From Microbotryum violaceum (lineage: Eukaryota): 64,000 bases of DNA. Within the stretch, counting starts at the first letter, position 1; each line of letters starts with the position of its first letter. Below are positions 49,143 through 59,683 of the stretch, piece after piece. The notes beneath the pieces were generated by a model, which was not told the origin of the DNA, did not search any database, and saw only the letters and a list, made by a program, of their open reading frames with translations. The DNA lies in assembly GCA_001244265.2 (NCBI GenBank), contig CDLV01000009.1, forward strand, positions 1-64,000, written 5' to 3'. A program made the position numbers and the translations under genes.

Positions 49143-51065
49143 TGTAAGGCCCCAGCGTCGGGCCTTGCAGGTGACAGGATACGAGTATGTATTCCAAAGA
49201 ATAAACTGGTCGGAAAGGAAGAGAGGCCCTACTTTCCGGCAATGCCTAAGGCCAGACGCGCATCGGGCCTTTGAGTAACTACAGAGTATTACACTCTCCA
49301 CCACCTGAACCAAACCCTGCCTCCCTTATCTACTTCTTCTCTTCTTCATCCTCCTCTTCTTTCTCAGATCCTCCCAGCCATTCATTCTCAAATGCCTCGT
49401 CCAATTCCGAGTCACTTGAGTCGGAACCCCACGGTTGACGGTATGCCTGGTTGCCCATGAAGTTGAGTTGATCCGGGTGGTCCCCAATTGTCCCGCCTGT
49501 CGTCTTTGGGCACTCGCAAATACTATGCCCCATTTCCCGGCAGTTGAAGCAGCGACCCTCATCAATGCACTGTTGTCGGACCTCAGCTGTCAATGGTGTG
49601 CGCCTTGCCATGTTTGATTTGAGATCCCGTGGCGAGCGAGTGATACGGGAGTTGGTGACGGACACTTGACCTTTCCACTCGAGTCCCAGCGAGGAAGCGA
49701 CCGCCGTCATGTGTCCAATGAGCGAGTTCACTGTGAATGTTGAGAGTGTAAAGCCGACAGTTGAGGTGGTACGCGCATACAGTAGGTCGTTGGCGTGATG
49801 TAGCAAGTGTCGTTTGAATTGGTCGTCATTGATGAACTTTCCCCCGTCCTTGCCAATACCCAAGGTTGCGCGCCGACTCGCTAGCTTCGCAGCGTACGTA
49901 GTGAAAGAATCCGACCCTTGTCGCGTACGGTAGAAGTCGTGCTCGGCGGTGAGCACAAAGCCCGAGTCCAGGAACCGTTCCCTCACCTCAGCCGCAAAGG
50001 CATCCCATGTCGTCAATGCCTTCAGTTCATCCCTGTGCTGATTCCACCAAATTTTCCCTTCGCCCTGCATTTTCATGCCAGCTTCCCTGATTTGTTGAAC
50101 GACCGTCAACGTCTCATCGGAACGCTTGAGATCCCCGAATGCCTCGATTGCGTCCTCGCAGTCGCCTAGCCAGAGGATGACGTCCTCCGCCGTAAACGGT
50201 GCCTTGAGCTCTGGCATGTGGAGTCGTGTGGGCGCTCGGTCCGACATCTTCGGCATCGACTTTGGTACGAGATGCGGCGGAGCGTCCTTGTTTGGTGGGG
50301 TCCCTGATCCTTGCTGTTTCTGGTTTGTGGGGCCAGATTGGAAAGCGGGGCGTCGGCGACGGATGGGCGCGGGTGGGTGGCGGCGATTGCGTGCGAAGCA
50401 AAAAAAGAAACGAAACCGTGCGGGCGAGCGACGGAGGGGCGCGTTCGGCGAGCGACGGTGGCGGTCGCGTGCGAAGTGAAAAGAAAAAGGGCGGACGAGC
50501 GACGACGGTCGCGTAAACGGCGAACAACCTCAGCAGTTGTGTGTGACGGCAAACGACCAAGTCGTGTAAGCAATGCGGCGAACGTCTTGTGACGTATGAT
50601 GTGGACGGCGAACAGAGACGGCTCTGTATGACAAACGACGCGAGTCGTGCGGGGGTGGGCGAACGTCTTGCGACGTATGATGTGGACGGCGAACAGAGAT
50701 GGCTCTGTATGACAAACGACGCGAGTCGTGCGGGGGTGCGGCGAACGTCTTGCGACGTGTAATGTGGACGGCGAACAGAGACGGCTCTGTATGACAAACG
50801 ACAAGTGTCGTGCGGGGTGTGCGGCAAACGACCTGCGTCGTGTGTACGTCGAGCCGGTTTGAAGCGGTGACGGAGTGTTCTTGGCGAATTCTTGTATCGG
50901 ATGTCAAAAAAAAATGTAAGGCCCCAGCGTCGGGCCTTGCAGGTGACAGGATACGAGTATGTATTCCAAAGAATAAACTGGTCGGAAAGGAAGAGAGGCC
51001 CTACTTTCCGGCAATGCCTAAGGCCAGACGCGCATCGGGCCATTGAGTAACTACAGAGTATTACA
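49143..51065 (-). mobile_element. Gag-only non-autonomous LTR element D2 (1923 bp), inserted in inverted orientation into the gag of D1, TSD ATTGG
   Basis: LTRs 50915-51065 and 49143-49293 differ at 1 nt. ATTGG at 49138-49142 and 51066-51070. Three ~81-bp repeats in the leader. Purine-rich PPT before the 3' LTR. Confidence 0.95.
49330..50256 (-). CDS. gag: Ty3/Gypsy-type Gag (capsid-like region, CCHC knuckle, acidic tail), 308 aa
   Basis: GEGKIWW...TWDAFAAEVRERF...RQGSDSFTTY, CFNCREMGHSICEC and C-terminal DSSDSELDEAFENEWLGGSEKEEEDEEEKK*. Confidence 0.88.
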   Translation of the reverse strand: MPKMSDRAPTRLHMPELKAPFTAEDVILWLGDCEDAIEAFGDLKRSDETLTVVQQIREAGMKMQGEGKIWWNQHRDELKALTTWDAFAAEVRERFLDSGFVLTAEHDFYRTRQGSDSFTTYAAKLASRRATLGIGKDGGKFINDDQFKRHLLHHANDLLYARTTSTVGFTLSTFTVNSLIGHMTAVASSLGLEWKGQVSVTNSRITRSPRDLKSNMARRTPLTAEVRQQCIDEGRCFNCREMGHSICECPKTTGGTIGDHPDQLNFMGNQAYRQPWGSDSSDSELDEAFENEWLGGSEKEEEDEEEKK

Positions 51066-51647
51066 ATTGGACACATGACGGCGGTCGCTTCCTCGCTGGG
51101 ACTCGAGTGGAAAGGTCAAGTGTCCGTCACCAACTCCCGTATCACTCGCTCGCCACGGGATCTCAAATCAAACATGGCAAGGCGCACACCATTGACAGCT
51201 GAGGCCCGACAACAGTGCATTGATGAGGGTTGCTGCTTCAACTGCCGGGAAATGGGGCATAGTATTCGCGAGTGCCCAAAGACAACAGGCGGGACAATTG
51301 GGGACCACCCGGATCAACTCAACTTCATGGGCGACCAGGCATACCGTCAACCGTGGGGTTCCGACTCAAGTGACTCGGAATTGGATGAGGCGTTTGAGAA
51401 TGAATGGCTGGGAGGATCTGAGAAAGAAGAGGAGGATGAAGAAGAGAAGAAGTAGATAAGGGAGGCAGGGTTTGGTTCAGGTGGTGGAGAGTGTAATACT
51501 CTGTAGTTACTCAAAGGCCCAATGCGCGTCTGGCCTTAGGCATTGCCGGAAAGTAGGGCCTCTCTTCCTTTCCGACCAGTTTATTCTTTGGAATACATAC
51601 TCGTATCCTGTCACCTGCAAGGCCCGACGCTGAGGACACGGACACGC

Positions 51648-53066
51648 ATGAACAACCACAACAACAACGACACCAGCAATGCCACCCCCGGTGCTATAGC
51701 ACCTAATCGCCCTCCCGACCCCACCGGCGTCACCGTCACCGCCCAAACCAAGTCGTACTCCGCGGCCGTCTCCGCCCGTTCCCATGCGAAGACCAACGCC
51801 ACCCCGCCACCGCCACGACTGTTGCCTCCCACCCGATGATTCACAACATCGCCAACTGTGTAATCATCAAAACCCCTCCCGCGACCACCTCCGAGAAAGT
51901 GCTCTCAGCACTCGATCACCACTACCCGGCCCTTGCAGGCGCCATGCCCTGCGTCATCAAGGGACAACACGGCATCCGATTCCCTAAGGACGCCGACATC
52001 GCCGACCTGGTCGCGAATGGTCTGACCGTTGGAAAGACCTTGTGCCAAGTCGAGAAACTATTCTCAGCCACTACTGGTCTAATTCAATGCACCCTTTCTG
52101 GCTTCTTCTCCGATGTAGAGGGCCTCCGCCTCTTTGATGAGCAGATTGCCGAGTACGGCAAGGTCCTCCTTCGCCGCACTCATTACATTGGCAAGACTAG
52201 GCACATCTCTGGGGTGTATGACTTTGTTCTTGCCCTCGGGGACCCAAACAAATTGCCTCCTGCATCCATCTCCATTGAACGCGACGGCGTGACCGAGCGT
52301 ATCCCGCTCAGGATCACCGGTGGCATGCGCCACTGTGTTTTCTGCCGTTCCGCGGCCCATGTCCGTAAGGACTGCCCCGTCGCCCCGGCGTGCAAGTCGT
52401 GCGCAAGCACCTCGCACGCCAGCCAGCATTGCCCGGGCCGCCGCTTCGCGTCGAGACCCCAGGGCACTCCCGAGTCACGTGCCGCGCAAGCCTCCACCAT
52501 GACCAAAGCCCCCCGGCCTCCAAGTCGATCCCTGCGCCACCCGCGCCCGACCGCTCGTTGAAGACCAAAAAACGTCGAGTGAACCCAGACCAGGACCTGG
52601 CTGCCCAGCCCCAAGATCCATCTAACAGGGCTCAGCCTGAACCCCTGTCGGAGACTCCTCGCCCCGGTTTCTCCTTCAATTTCCCTCCCAACTCCGCCCC
52701 CCTGCCCGCCTCCAACCAGTCAACTGCCCCTCCCCTCGTTGAAAAATCCTCCGAGTCCCCCAGCTCGGAGACGACCCCTTCGCCCCAAGCCCTGCTCCGG
52801 CCACACCAACGCCAAAGACGATCATCACTCGTTCCCAGTCAATTGCTGCCCTCTCCACACCAGCCACTCGTGAAGACCCGCCCACTCCGCCTGCCCCCGA
52901 AGCCTCCGAGCCGAACCCCCGGCCCTCCTCGCCGTTGCCCTCAGCGATCAAAGCCCGACCCGATGCCACCGACGCCGACGAAGATGCCGAAGAAGAAGGC
53001 AAAGACCAAGAAGCACCCCCCGAGGACGTGGACGACGTTATGGAGCAAGACGATGAGCACAATTAA
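51648..53066 (+). CDS. LINE ORF1 (two CCHC zinc knuckles), with 1-nt frame breaks in C-runs
   Basis: MNNHNNND...KSYSAAV, CVFCRSAAHVRKDC and CKSCASTSHASQHC. The acidic end DVMEQDDEHN* overlaps the ORF2 start by 14 nt. Confidence 0.75.
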
Positions 53067-56000
53067 GATCCCAAACGTGTCTTTTGTTGCTGCCAACGTG
53101 CAGTCAATCAATGAAGATCGTAAGCGTGCCTCTCTTTTCTCCAATCTCCGCTCCCATAACGCCGATGTCTTTCTCCTGAGCGAAACGGGCCGACCTTCCC
53201 CGGAAAGGGTTGCCCAGTGGACTCAGGAGTGCCAAGACTTAAAGCTCTCCGCTCTTTTCACTCCTCTCAACAACACCGCTATACTCTGGAAGAGCGACTC
53301 CGTGGTCATCACTATTGATCCCGAGTCACCTCCCAACACTCTTCGTGCCTCTTTCGCTTTCCCCGACCGAGTCACCGACGCCACCTTTCGCGTGGGAGAC
53401 TCAAAAATCCGGGTTGTATCAATATACGCGCCTTCCTCCGACAAGCCAGACAAAAAGCGTTTCCTCTCACATCTCAGCACAGCCCTCCGACAAGTCGTGC
53501 GCGACGAGCCCTCGCCGCCTGCGCTCTTAGTCGGGGGGGACTGGAATTGTGTTGAGTCCCAACCCCTCGATTCGGAGAACCAAAACGGGACGAATTATGG
53601 GGGCCAGGAGATGCGCGACCTTGCCACGGCCAACAACCTCTTTGATGTCTATCGGCTTCACCATCCCAAAGGACGAGCCACGACGAATCGCTCAGCGCCC
53701 GGCACGTGCCGTCGCCTTGACCGCATCTATGTCTCGCCTGATTGGGTCGACCTCTTCCACGACCACAAAATCTGGGCTCCTGTCCTCAAATCGACGCACT
53801 CGATGGTGGCGGCGCGGTTCCAAGTGCCGGGCGCAATCGACATCGGTCCGGGTAAATTCAAGTTGGGTTTGCACGTGATCGAGGGCGACGCGACCTGCGA
53901 ATACCTCACTTCCACTGTCCAGGCCCTCTACAATGAAGCCCTCCTCCAGACGCCCGACGACCCATCAGCAGCTTGGACGTCCACCAAACAACACTTGCTG
54001 CCCGAGCTTCAGGCTCTGGCTCGCACACTTGCCCGCTTCCGACGTGGAGGATCGGAGGAGGCGAAGGCAGATCACTCGCGCTACGGCGCGGCGCTGCGGT
54101 CCCGCATTGATCCTTCCCTCGCGGGCCCATCTTCCATCTTCATCCGCCTACGCAAAGTGCGCGCATCCGACCTCATCCCTTCCCTCTCGGTCGACGATGT
54201 CGTCCACTCCGACCCCGACTCGATGCTTGGAGCCGCTAGCAAGTACTTCGAAGGGGTCTACGAGGATCGCGCTATCGATGACGCCGCCTTGGAGAAGATT
54301 ATCGACGGTCTCGCCTCGACTCGCCTATCCCCTGCCGATTCGGACAAGCTCGAAGGAGCGTACCCCCTAGAGGAGATAACAAAGGCACAAGAGGCGTGTA
54401 AGTCGAACTCCTCGCCTGGACCCGACGGTCTCCCGGTCGAGTTTTACCGCGCAACGTGGACAGCCACAGGCCCCATCCTCCGCGACGTCATCAACTCGAT
54501 CCCCACCGACGACGCCAGTTCTCGAACGTCGGCCCGCCACACTGCCCACATCCACCTCATCCACAAGCGCGGCGAGAGGGATCGGCTGGTGAACAAACGC
54601 CCCATATCACTCATCAACGCTGATGAACGCATCATCTCCCAAGCCCACAACCAGCGCCTTGCCCCTCTGCTCGAGACCCTGATCGGCTCGACCCAGCGCG
54701 GTTTCGTTCCGAACCGCTGGATTGGCACGAACATCGCCGAGGTGCAGTGTCTCATGGATCCTGGGCTCCCGGGTTCAGAGCCGGTGTCCGGTCTGCTCGC
54801 AGTGATGGACTTCGAGAAGGCTTACGACCGTCTTTCCCACACCTACATCGATGCAGTCCTCAGCGCCGTTGGCCTTGGCCCGAAAGCCTGCCAATGGTAC
54901 CGAGCGACCTATACAAACCAATCCGCCTCAATCTACCTCAACGGATGGCTCTCGGCCGCGTTCGATATCCTCTCGGGAGTTCGACAAGGCGACCCGCTGG
55001 CTCCGTCGCTCTTCGTTCTCGCAATTGAGGGCTTCGCCGTACAGTTGCGGTCACAAGTCAAGGGCATCGCGAGCCCGGGACTCCCAACCATACGAGAACT
55101 TCTCTTTGCCGACGATGCCTGCTGTGCTCTCCACGACACCTCGGACCTCGACCACCTCAATCGGGCGATCGAGCTGTACGAGCGGGCAAGTGCCAGCAAG
55201 CTCAGCAACGCCAAATCTTTCCTCTACCCCCTCGGGTCATTCAGGGACCGTCCGATCCCTTCACACCTCGGGTCCTGGCGTCTCAGCGACTCGCAGTTTC
55301 GTTACCTGGGAGTGCAGGTTGGGGTGGACATCGCCGAGGATGCGGGCTGGGAGGAGGTCAAGTCCGCGACCGTCGCCCGGATACGATCCATCCCAATGTA
55401 CGACCTTCCGTACGCAGCGAAATGTTCGATAATCAATATCTACTGCTACACGAAGATTCTCTACCATAATCGTTTCATCCCAGCTTCCAAGAGCGTCGTC
55501 AAGGAGATCGAGGACGCGGTCATGATCGCTATCCACGGTCGAGCCTCGGACGGATCTCAGAAACCCCCGAAGGTCTCTCGGCTGCGCCTCTGCACCCCTC
55601 TCGACCACGGCGGCTTTGGCTTGATTGACTTACCTCGGCGCCTCGCGGTCGATCACGCCAAGTGGGTCTTTCATCTTCGGGACCCGGACGGCTGCTTCAT
55701 TCGGCACCTCTTCGACATCCGCACTCGCCTTCAGGCGGCGAACGAACGCACCCCCTTTACCTTGCCCAAATCAGGCCCCAACCCACATCGTCGCTCGTGG
55801 GTCTGGATCTGGTGGGCCTACTTTTGCCACCCTCCTCCACAGTGGGAACGCGCAGTGAGGAAGACGAAGGCCCTGCTCCCTCCACGATGGATCCGCTATT
55901 TCGAAGCCTGGGATTTGGTGACAACGCTGAACCCCCCCGAACTTTCCAAGAGCCCGGATCTGGAGCGGTGGGCAACACACGTCCTCTACTTCCCAGCAGG

Positions 56001-56625
56001 CCACGGAATCCGACTCTCGGTGAACCCGACGCTTTTCCGAGGACCCGATGGCGAGGTGATGACTCCGTCTTCGTTTGTGAACGCGTCCAAACGCCACCAA
56101 GCCTTCCTCTACCCTCCTATCCTCCCTCTCGGTCATCAGAGGGTTTTCTGTCTCCCCGAGCAACGCTGGAATGCCTGGTGGAAGGCGCTACGCAAGATTC
56201 GCAGGGTTCATTCGGACGCCGAAGACACGGCCCACCTCCTCTCCCTAGGTTCACTTCATCCAGGTAGCCAAATCGCTTCTCCAAATAGCCGTTCTCTCCA
56301 CAATCGATCTACCGCATGTGTCATGTGCCTGTCGGAGGCTCCGGAGACCCTGGCACACCTTGCGGTCGGTTGCCCGTTTGCCCGCCGCCTCTGGTCTGCG
56401 CTCACTCCTATCCCACACCCCGACTTTGTTCAGTTCGTGTGCCCGGTCGTTTCTCGCTCGGAACGCCGACCCGTCGAGCTGCGTCTACTCTTCTTCCACG
56501 CGATCTGGAAGCTCTCTCGTCGCCGTCGATTTTCGTCGGATCCTCTGGAGCCGATCGCCGAAACGGCATTTGAGGAGCTCCGCGCGTCCATCCAGGAGTC
56601 CAAGGGACGACTGGTTTCGCTGTAA
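53053..56625 (+). CDS. LINE ORF2: APE endonuclease, reverse transcriptase and C-terminal zinc finger (about 1190 aa, uninterrupted)
   Basis: AANVQSIN, LSET, VGGDWN, RRLDRIYVS, SPGPDGL, RPISLIN, QRGFVPNR, DFEKAYDR, GVRQGDPLAP, LFADD and CVMC...ETLAHLAVGC. Confidence 0.95.
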   Translation: MSTIKIPNVSFVAANVQSINEDRKRASLFSNLRSHNADVFLLSETGRPSPERVAQWTQECQDLKLSALFTPLNNTAILWKSDSVVITIDPESPPNTLRASFAFPDRVTDATFRVGDSKIRVVSIYAPSSDKPDKKRFLSHLSTALRQVVRDEPSPPALLVGGDWNCVESQPLDSENQNGTNYGGQEMRDLATANNLFDVYRLHHPKGRATTNRSAPGTCRRLDRIYVSPDWVDLFHDHKIWAPVLKSTHSMVAARFQVPGAIDIGPGKFKLGLHVIEGDATCEYLTSTVQALYNEALLQTPDDPSAAWTSTKQHLLPELQALARTLARFRRGGSEEAKADHSRYGAALRSRIDPSLAGPSSIFIRLRKVRASDLIPSLSVDDVVHSDPDSMLGAASKYFEGVYEDRAIDDAALEKIIDGLASTRLSPADSDKLEGAYPLEEITKAQEACKSNSSPGPDGLPVEFYRATWTATGPILRDVINSIPTDDASSRTSARHTAHIHLIHKRGERDRLVNKRPISLINADERIISQAHNQRLAPLLETLIGSTQRGFVPNRWIGTNIAEVQCLMDPGLPGSEPVSGLLAVMDFEKAYDRLSHTYIDAVLSAVGLGPKACQWYRATYTNQSASIYLNGWLSAAFDILSGVRQGDPLAPSLFVLAIEGFAVQLRSQVKGIASPGLPTIRELLFADDACCALHDTSDLDHLNRAIELYERASASKLSNAKSFLYPLGSFRDRPIPSHLGSWRLSDSQFRYLGVQVGVDIAEDAGWEEVKSATVARIRSIPMYDLPYAAKCSIINIYCYTKILYHNRFIPASKSVVKEIEDAVMIAIHGRASDGSQKPPKVSRLRLCTPLDHGGFGLIDLPRRLAVDHAKWVFHLRDPDGCFIRHLFDIRTRLQAANERTPFTLPKSGPNPHRRSWVWIWWAYFCHPPPQWERAVRKTKALLPPRWIRYFEAWDLVTTLNPPELSKSPDLERWATHVLYFPAGHGIRLSVNPTLFRGPDGEVMTPSSFVNASKRHQAFLYPPILPLGHQRVFCLPEQRWNAWWKALRKIRRVHSDAEDTAHLLSLGSLHPGSQIASPNSRSLHNRSTACVMCLSEAPETLAHLAVGCPFARRLWSALTPIPHPDFVQFVCPVVSRSERRPVELRLLFFHAIWKLSRRRRFSSDPLEPIAETAFEELRASIQESKGRLVSL

Positions 56626-57394
56626 CCGCCTAAGGGGGTTTTAGTGGGTATGGTTGATTTTGTTCCAAGGTCAACGAGTCCCACACTACTGGCCTCGCCA
56701 GTGTGCTTAACTGCATTCCCTCCGTCTTTTCCGAGGATTTTTAGGCATTAATATAGATATGCTGTTAATGAAATCTATTAGATAAAAAAAAGGGGCCTTA
56801 CACCATCAGGTCCGCCAACAAGGTCTTCCCGCGTGATGAGGGTGGGAACGAGTTGGCGGCAAGTCCGGGGGCCAGCAATGATGTTCCGAGCGTCGATTTC
56901 ACCGTACTTCCCTGGATTGGGACCAACCTTGGCAACATCGCCGTACTCCCAAGTGGGTTTGACTTTGGCGAGTGGAGTTGGTTCTGGTGGTGCTGGTTCC
57001 GAAGGACGCTGCGGCAGGTGGATCAAAGAAGTGGCATCGTCGTTGAGCAAAGGCGGCTGGGTGGGTTTGACGAGCACGGGAGGTAACGGTGTTGCCGGAG
57101 CGTCGGCAGGTGGAGGACGGGGATAGAAACCCGGAACGGAAGGCGGTGTGACGCGGGCGGGGACGGCAACAAAGGGGAACTCGGTTTCAAGGAACGTCAC
57201 ATTCCGGCTCAAACTCACGTGCATTGAGGAGGGATCGAGAAGGCGCCAGGCTTTTGCGTGTCAATTGTAACCCACAAAGACCAGCGGAATCCCTTTTGGG
57301 TCAAGTTTGTCCCAACAATGAGCCGGCACAGTGGCCCAGGCGTGACAACCAAATGCTCGAAGCGCTCCCACGGTCGGGGGGGCGCCTGACCAGC

Positions 57395-57511
57395 TGTAAG
57401 GCTCGGTTGCCTTACGCTATTTAACTACCCTTCTGATTTCAATATGCATCTATTGAAATTGTCAGTCTTTTGGACTGTGTAACCTAGTCGTGAAGGGCCT
57501 GGGGTATTACA
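57395..57511 (-). mobile_element. 117-bp solo LTR inserted into the integrase of element B, TSD CCAGC; termini related to the D-element LTR
   Basis: Minus-strand termini TGTAATAC...GCCTTACA. CCAGC at 57390-57394 and 57512-57516. Confidence 0.88.
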
Positions 57512-59672
57512 CCAGCGGCAATTTGGTACTCCTCCCTTGAGAGCCGCATGAGGCAAAAGGTTCTTGGTGTGGATGTAACACATGGCAGCCTCGTCCCAGC
57601 ATGTACGTGGGAGTCCCAAGTTGATCAGTAAAGCCAGGGTGCCCTCCACAATAGATTGGTTGAGCCACTCGGCTTGACCGTTTTGCTCGGGCATGTACGG
57701 TATGGTCAATTCACGACGGATCCCATGAGCCACGCAAAAACCATTGAAAGTGGTAGAGACATATTCACCCCCGTTGTCTGAGCGGAGCATTTTGACCCTG
57801 CAACCTGTCTCGTTTTCGATCTCCATAAGCCAGTCCTTAAACGTCGGAAGGACCTCGCTCTTGTGCCCAATGGGGTAGACCCAAGTTTTCCTCGAGAAGT
57901 CGTTGACAAATGTGACGAGGTACCATTTGTGGCTGAACAACTCCTCTGGAAAAGACAAGACATCCGAGTGGACCAGTGCTAGCAGCTCCAAGGCGTGGAA
58001 CGACGAAGGGGGGAATGGCAAACAATGGGCTTTGGATGCAAGGCACGTGTTGCAGGTGAAGTCTACACACTCGAGGTCACTATAGGTTCAATCCAAACCC
58101 TCCACCTGGCCAGAGGCCGCCAGTTTTTTAAGTGTCTGAACAGAGGCATGACCGTAGCGATGGTGAAGGGTAAGTAAAGGGATCCCATGGGACTTGGTGG
58201 TGACAAGCGTTTGAATTGCACCTGGGCTGGGAGTTTGGACCAAAGTGTTGGGCTTGTAAACGCGTGATGCGATGGCAGAGGCTGTGGCTATGTGCCCTTG
58301 CTGCGTGCGGAGCTCGGCTTGTCCGCGTTCGAAGGTGATGCGGACCCCTTTGCGGTCGAAGGCTCGGACGGAGACGAGGTTTGCAGGGCTCTCGGGAGCG
58401 TAAATCACGTCATTGAGGGTGAACTTGGTGCCAATGTCCGAGACGAGTTTGACCGAGCCGACTCCCGAGGCCTTCACCGTCCCCCCAAGACCCTGCAGTA
58501 TGTGCGAGGTAGGCGCTAGGGGGCCATTGAAGAAGGAAGCATTGTTGACGATGTGGCAGGCAGACACCGAGTCAAGCAGGAAGACATTTGGCGCTCCAAA
58601 GCTGACAAATGTGGGGGACGAGAAGAAGGACATGTCGAGATCCTTGGATGCCTCCTCGGTGGCCACAAACGCGGGTGCCTGTGATGATGATGTGCCTTGA
58701 AGTTCCTTCATTGTGTTCCTAAGCTCAAAGTACTTGGCGCGCTTGCGCATGTCCGGGCACTTGTCCACCCAGTGTTTGCCTTGACCACAGGCCGGACAGT
58801 TGCTCGGAGCCGGGCCTGAACAATCCCATCTACCCTTTTTGCCGGAAGCCGAGGGTTTGGTCGTGGCGACCGGCTTTGCAGCAAGAGCTGGGGTTGGGTC
58901 ATGGCAAAGCGTATGGGTGACTGTTTCCATGGACGCGAAGATCTGTTTGACACGGGGCAGTTTGTTGTCCTGGACCTTGACCGCGTAGAAGGTTGTCAGC
59001 CAGCTGTCAAAAACAGGAGGCAGGTCGTTGAGTGCCCGCGCCGCGATAGCCTGTTCCAGGTCGAGCTGGGCCATTCGCAAGTGGTTTACCAGCACCATGG
59101 CTCGATTCGTCCAGACATGGAATCCGGACCAACTGGGTGTGCACGGAGGCATGCTGAAGTAGTCTTTGATCAGCGTTGAGTAGGCCTGGGCATCGCTAGG
59201 CGCGTAGCGTGCGCCGAGCCACCCGTTTGAATGAGTGGCCCGATGGTGGCTTTGGTCGTGACCGTGAGCGAGGACGCAAGCGCTCGGGCCGCGTAATCCT
59301 CCCAGCGCGTGTGGAAGGCGGGTGGCCAAGAAGGGTCGTGCTGGCCCTTGCGAAGGTAGGCGCAGACCTCGCGAGCGTAGGTAGTCGACATTGCAAGGTC
59401 CCAGTCAACGTAGTTATCCTCGGTGAGCTTCGAGTCATCGGGGAAGGCTGGAGGGTTGACGGGGGGGAGAAGGTGACGCATGGAGATCGCGTCGTCTTCC
59501 TGCGCTTGTGCGGGGCGTTGGTTCTTTACGAGAGCGTCGTGTTGCTCCTTGGTGAGCGTGACGACGGTGGCGGGGGCGACATCGAAGGGCTGGTTCGACG
59601 TTGATGACGATGGTGGAGGAGGAGGCGTGGATGCCATGCCACCGATATCGTCGGAGTCGCCCCAAGCAGGTT

Positions 59673-59683
59673 GGCTCATAACC
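59673..59683 (-). promoter_or_regulatory. Primer-binding site of Copia B (GGTTATGAGCC, Ty5/copia-type half-tRNA-iMet PBS) containing the gag ATG
   Basis: Directly abuts the 5' LTR end. The ATG at 59679 opens MSQPAWGD. Confidence 0.85.

Larger units (their letters stand above)
51633..56791 (+). mobile_element. Apparently full-length L1/Tx1-like LINE with A8 tail, inserted 11 bp from the end of the D1 3' LTR
   Basis: ORF1, ORF2, a 3' UTR and poly(A) at 56784-56791. The flanks rejoin to gacgct|ggggccttaca of the LTR. At most 1 nt is duplicated. Confidence 0.93.
47873..56802 (+). mobile_element. Gag-only non-autonomous LTR element D1 (about 1.84 kb without its inserts), 151-bp LTRs, TSD CCATC
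   Basis: LTR 47873-48023 (TGTAATAC...GCCTTACA). The 3' LTR 51492-51632 plus 56792-56802 is split by the LINE. CCATC at 47868-47872 and 56803-56807. The gag is split by D2. Confidence 0.93.

Noticed and set aside
47873..51642. Mirror-image D sequence as an assembly inversion or a DIRS-like element with inverted repeats
   Set aside because: The inner copy has its own direct LTR pair and ATTGG TSD, differs in leader repeat number, and no tyrosine recombinase is present. A nested insertion explains it.
52390..53052. 1411-aa ORF as a single ORF1-ORF2 fusion protein
   Set aside because: The upstream 221 codons are partly frame-shifted ORF1. ORF1 ends at TAA 53064-53066 and the APE domain starts just after ATG 53053.
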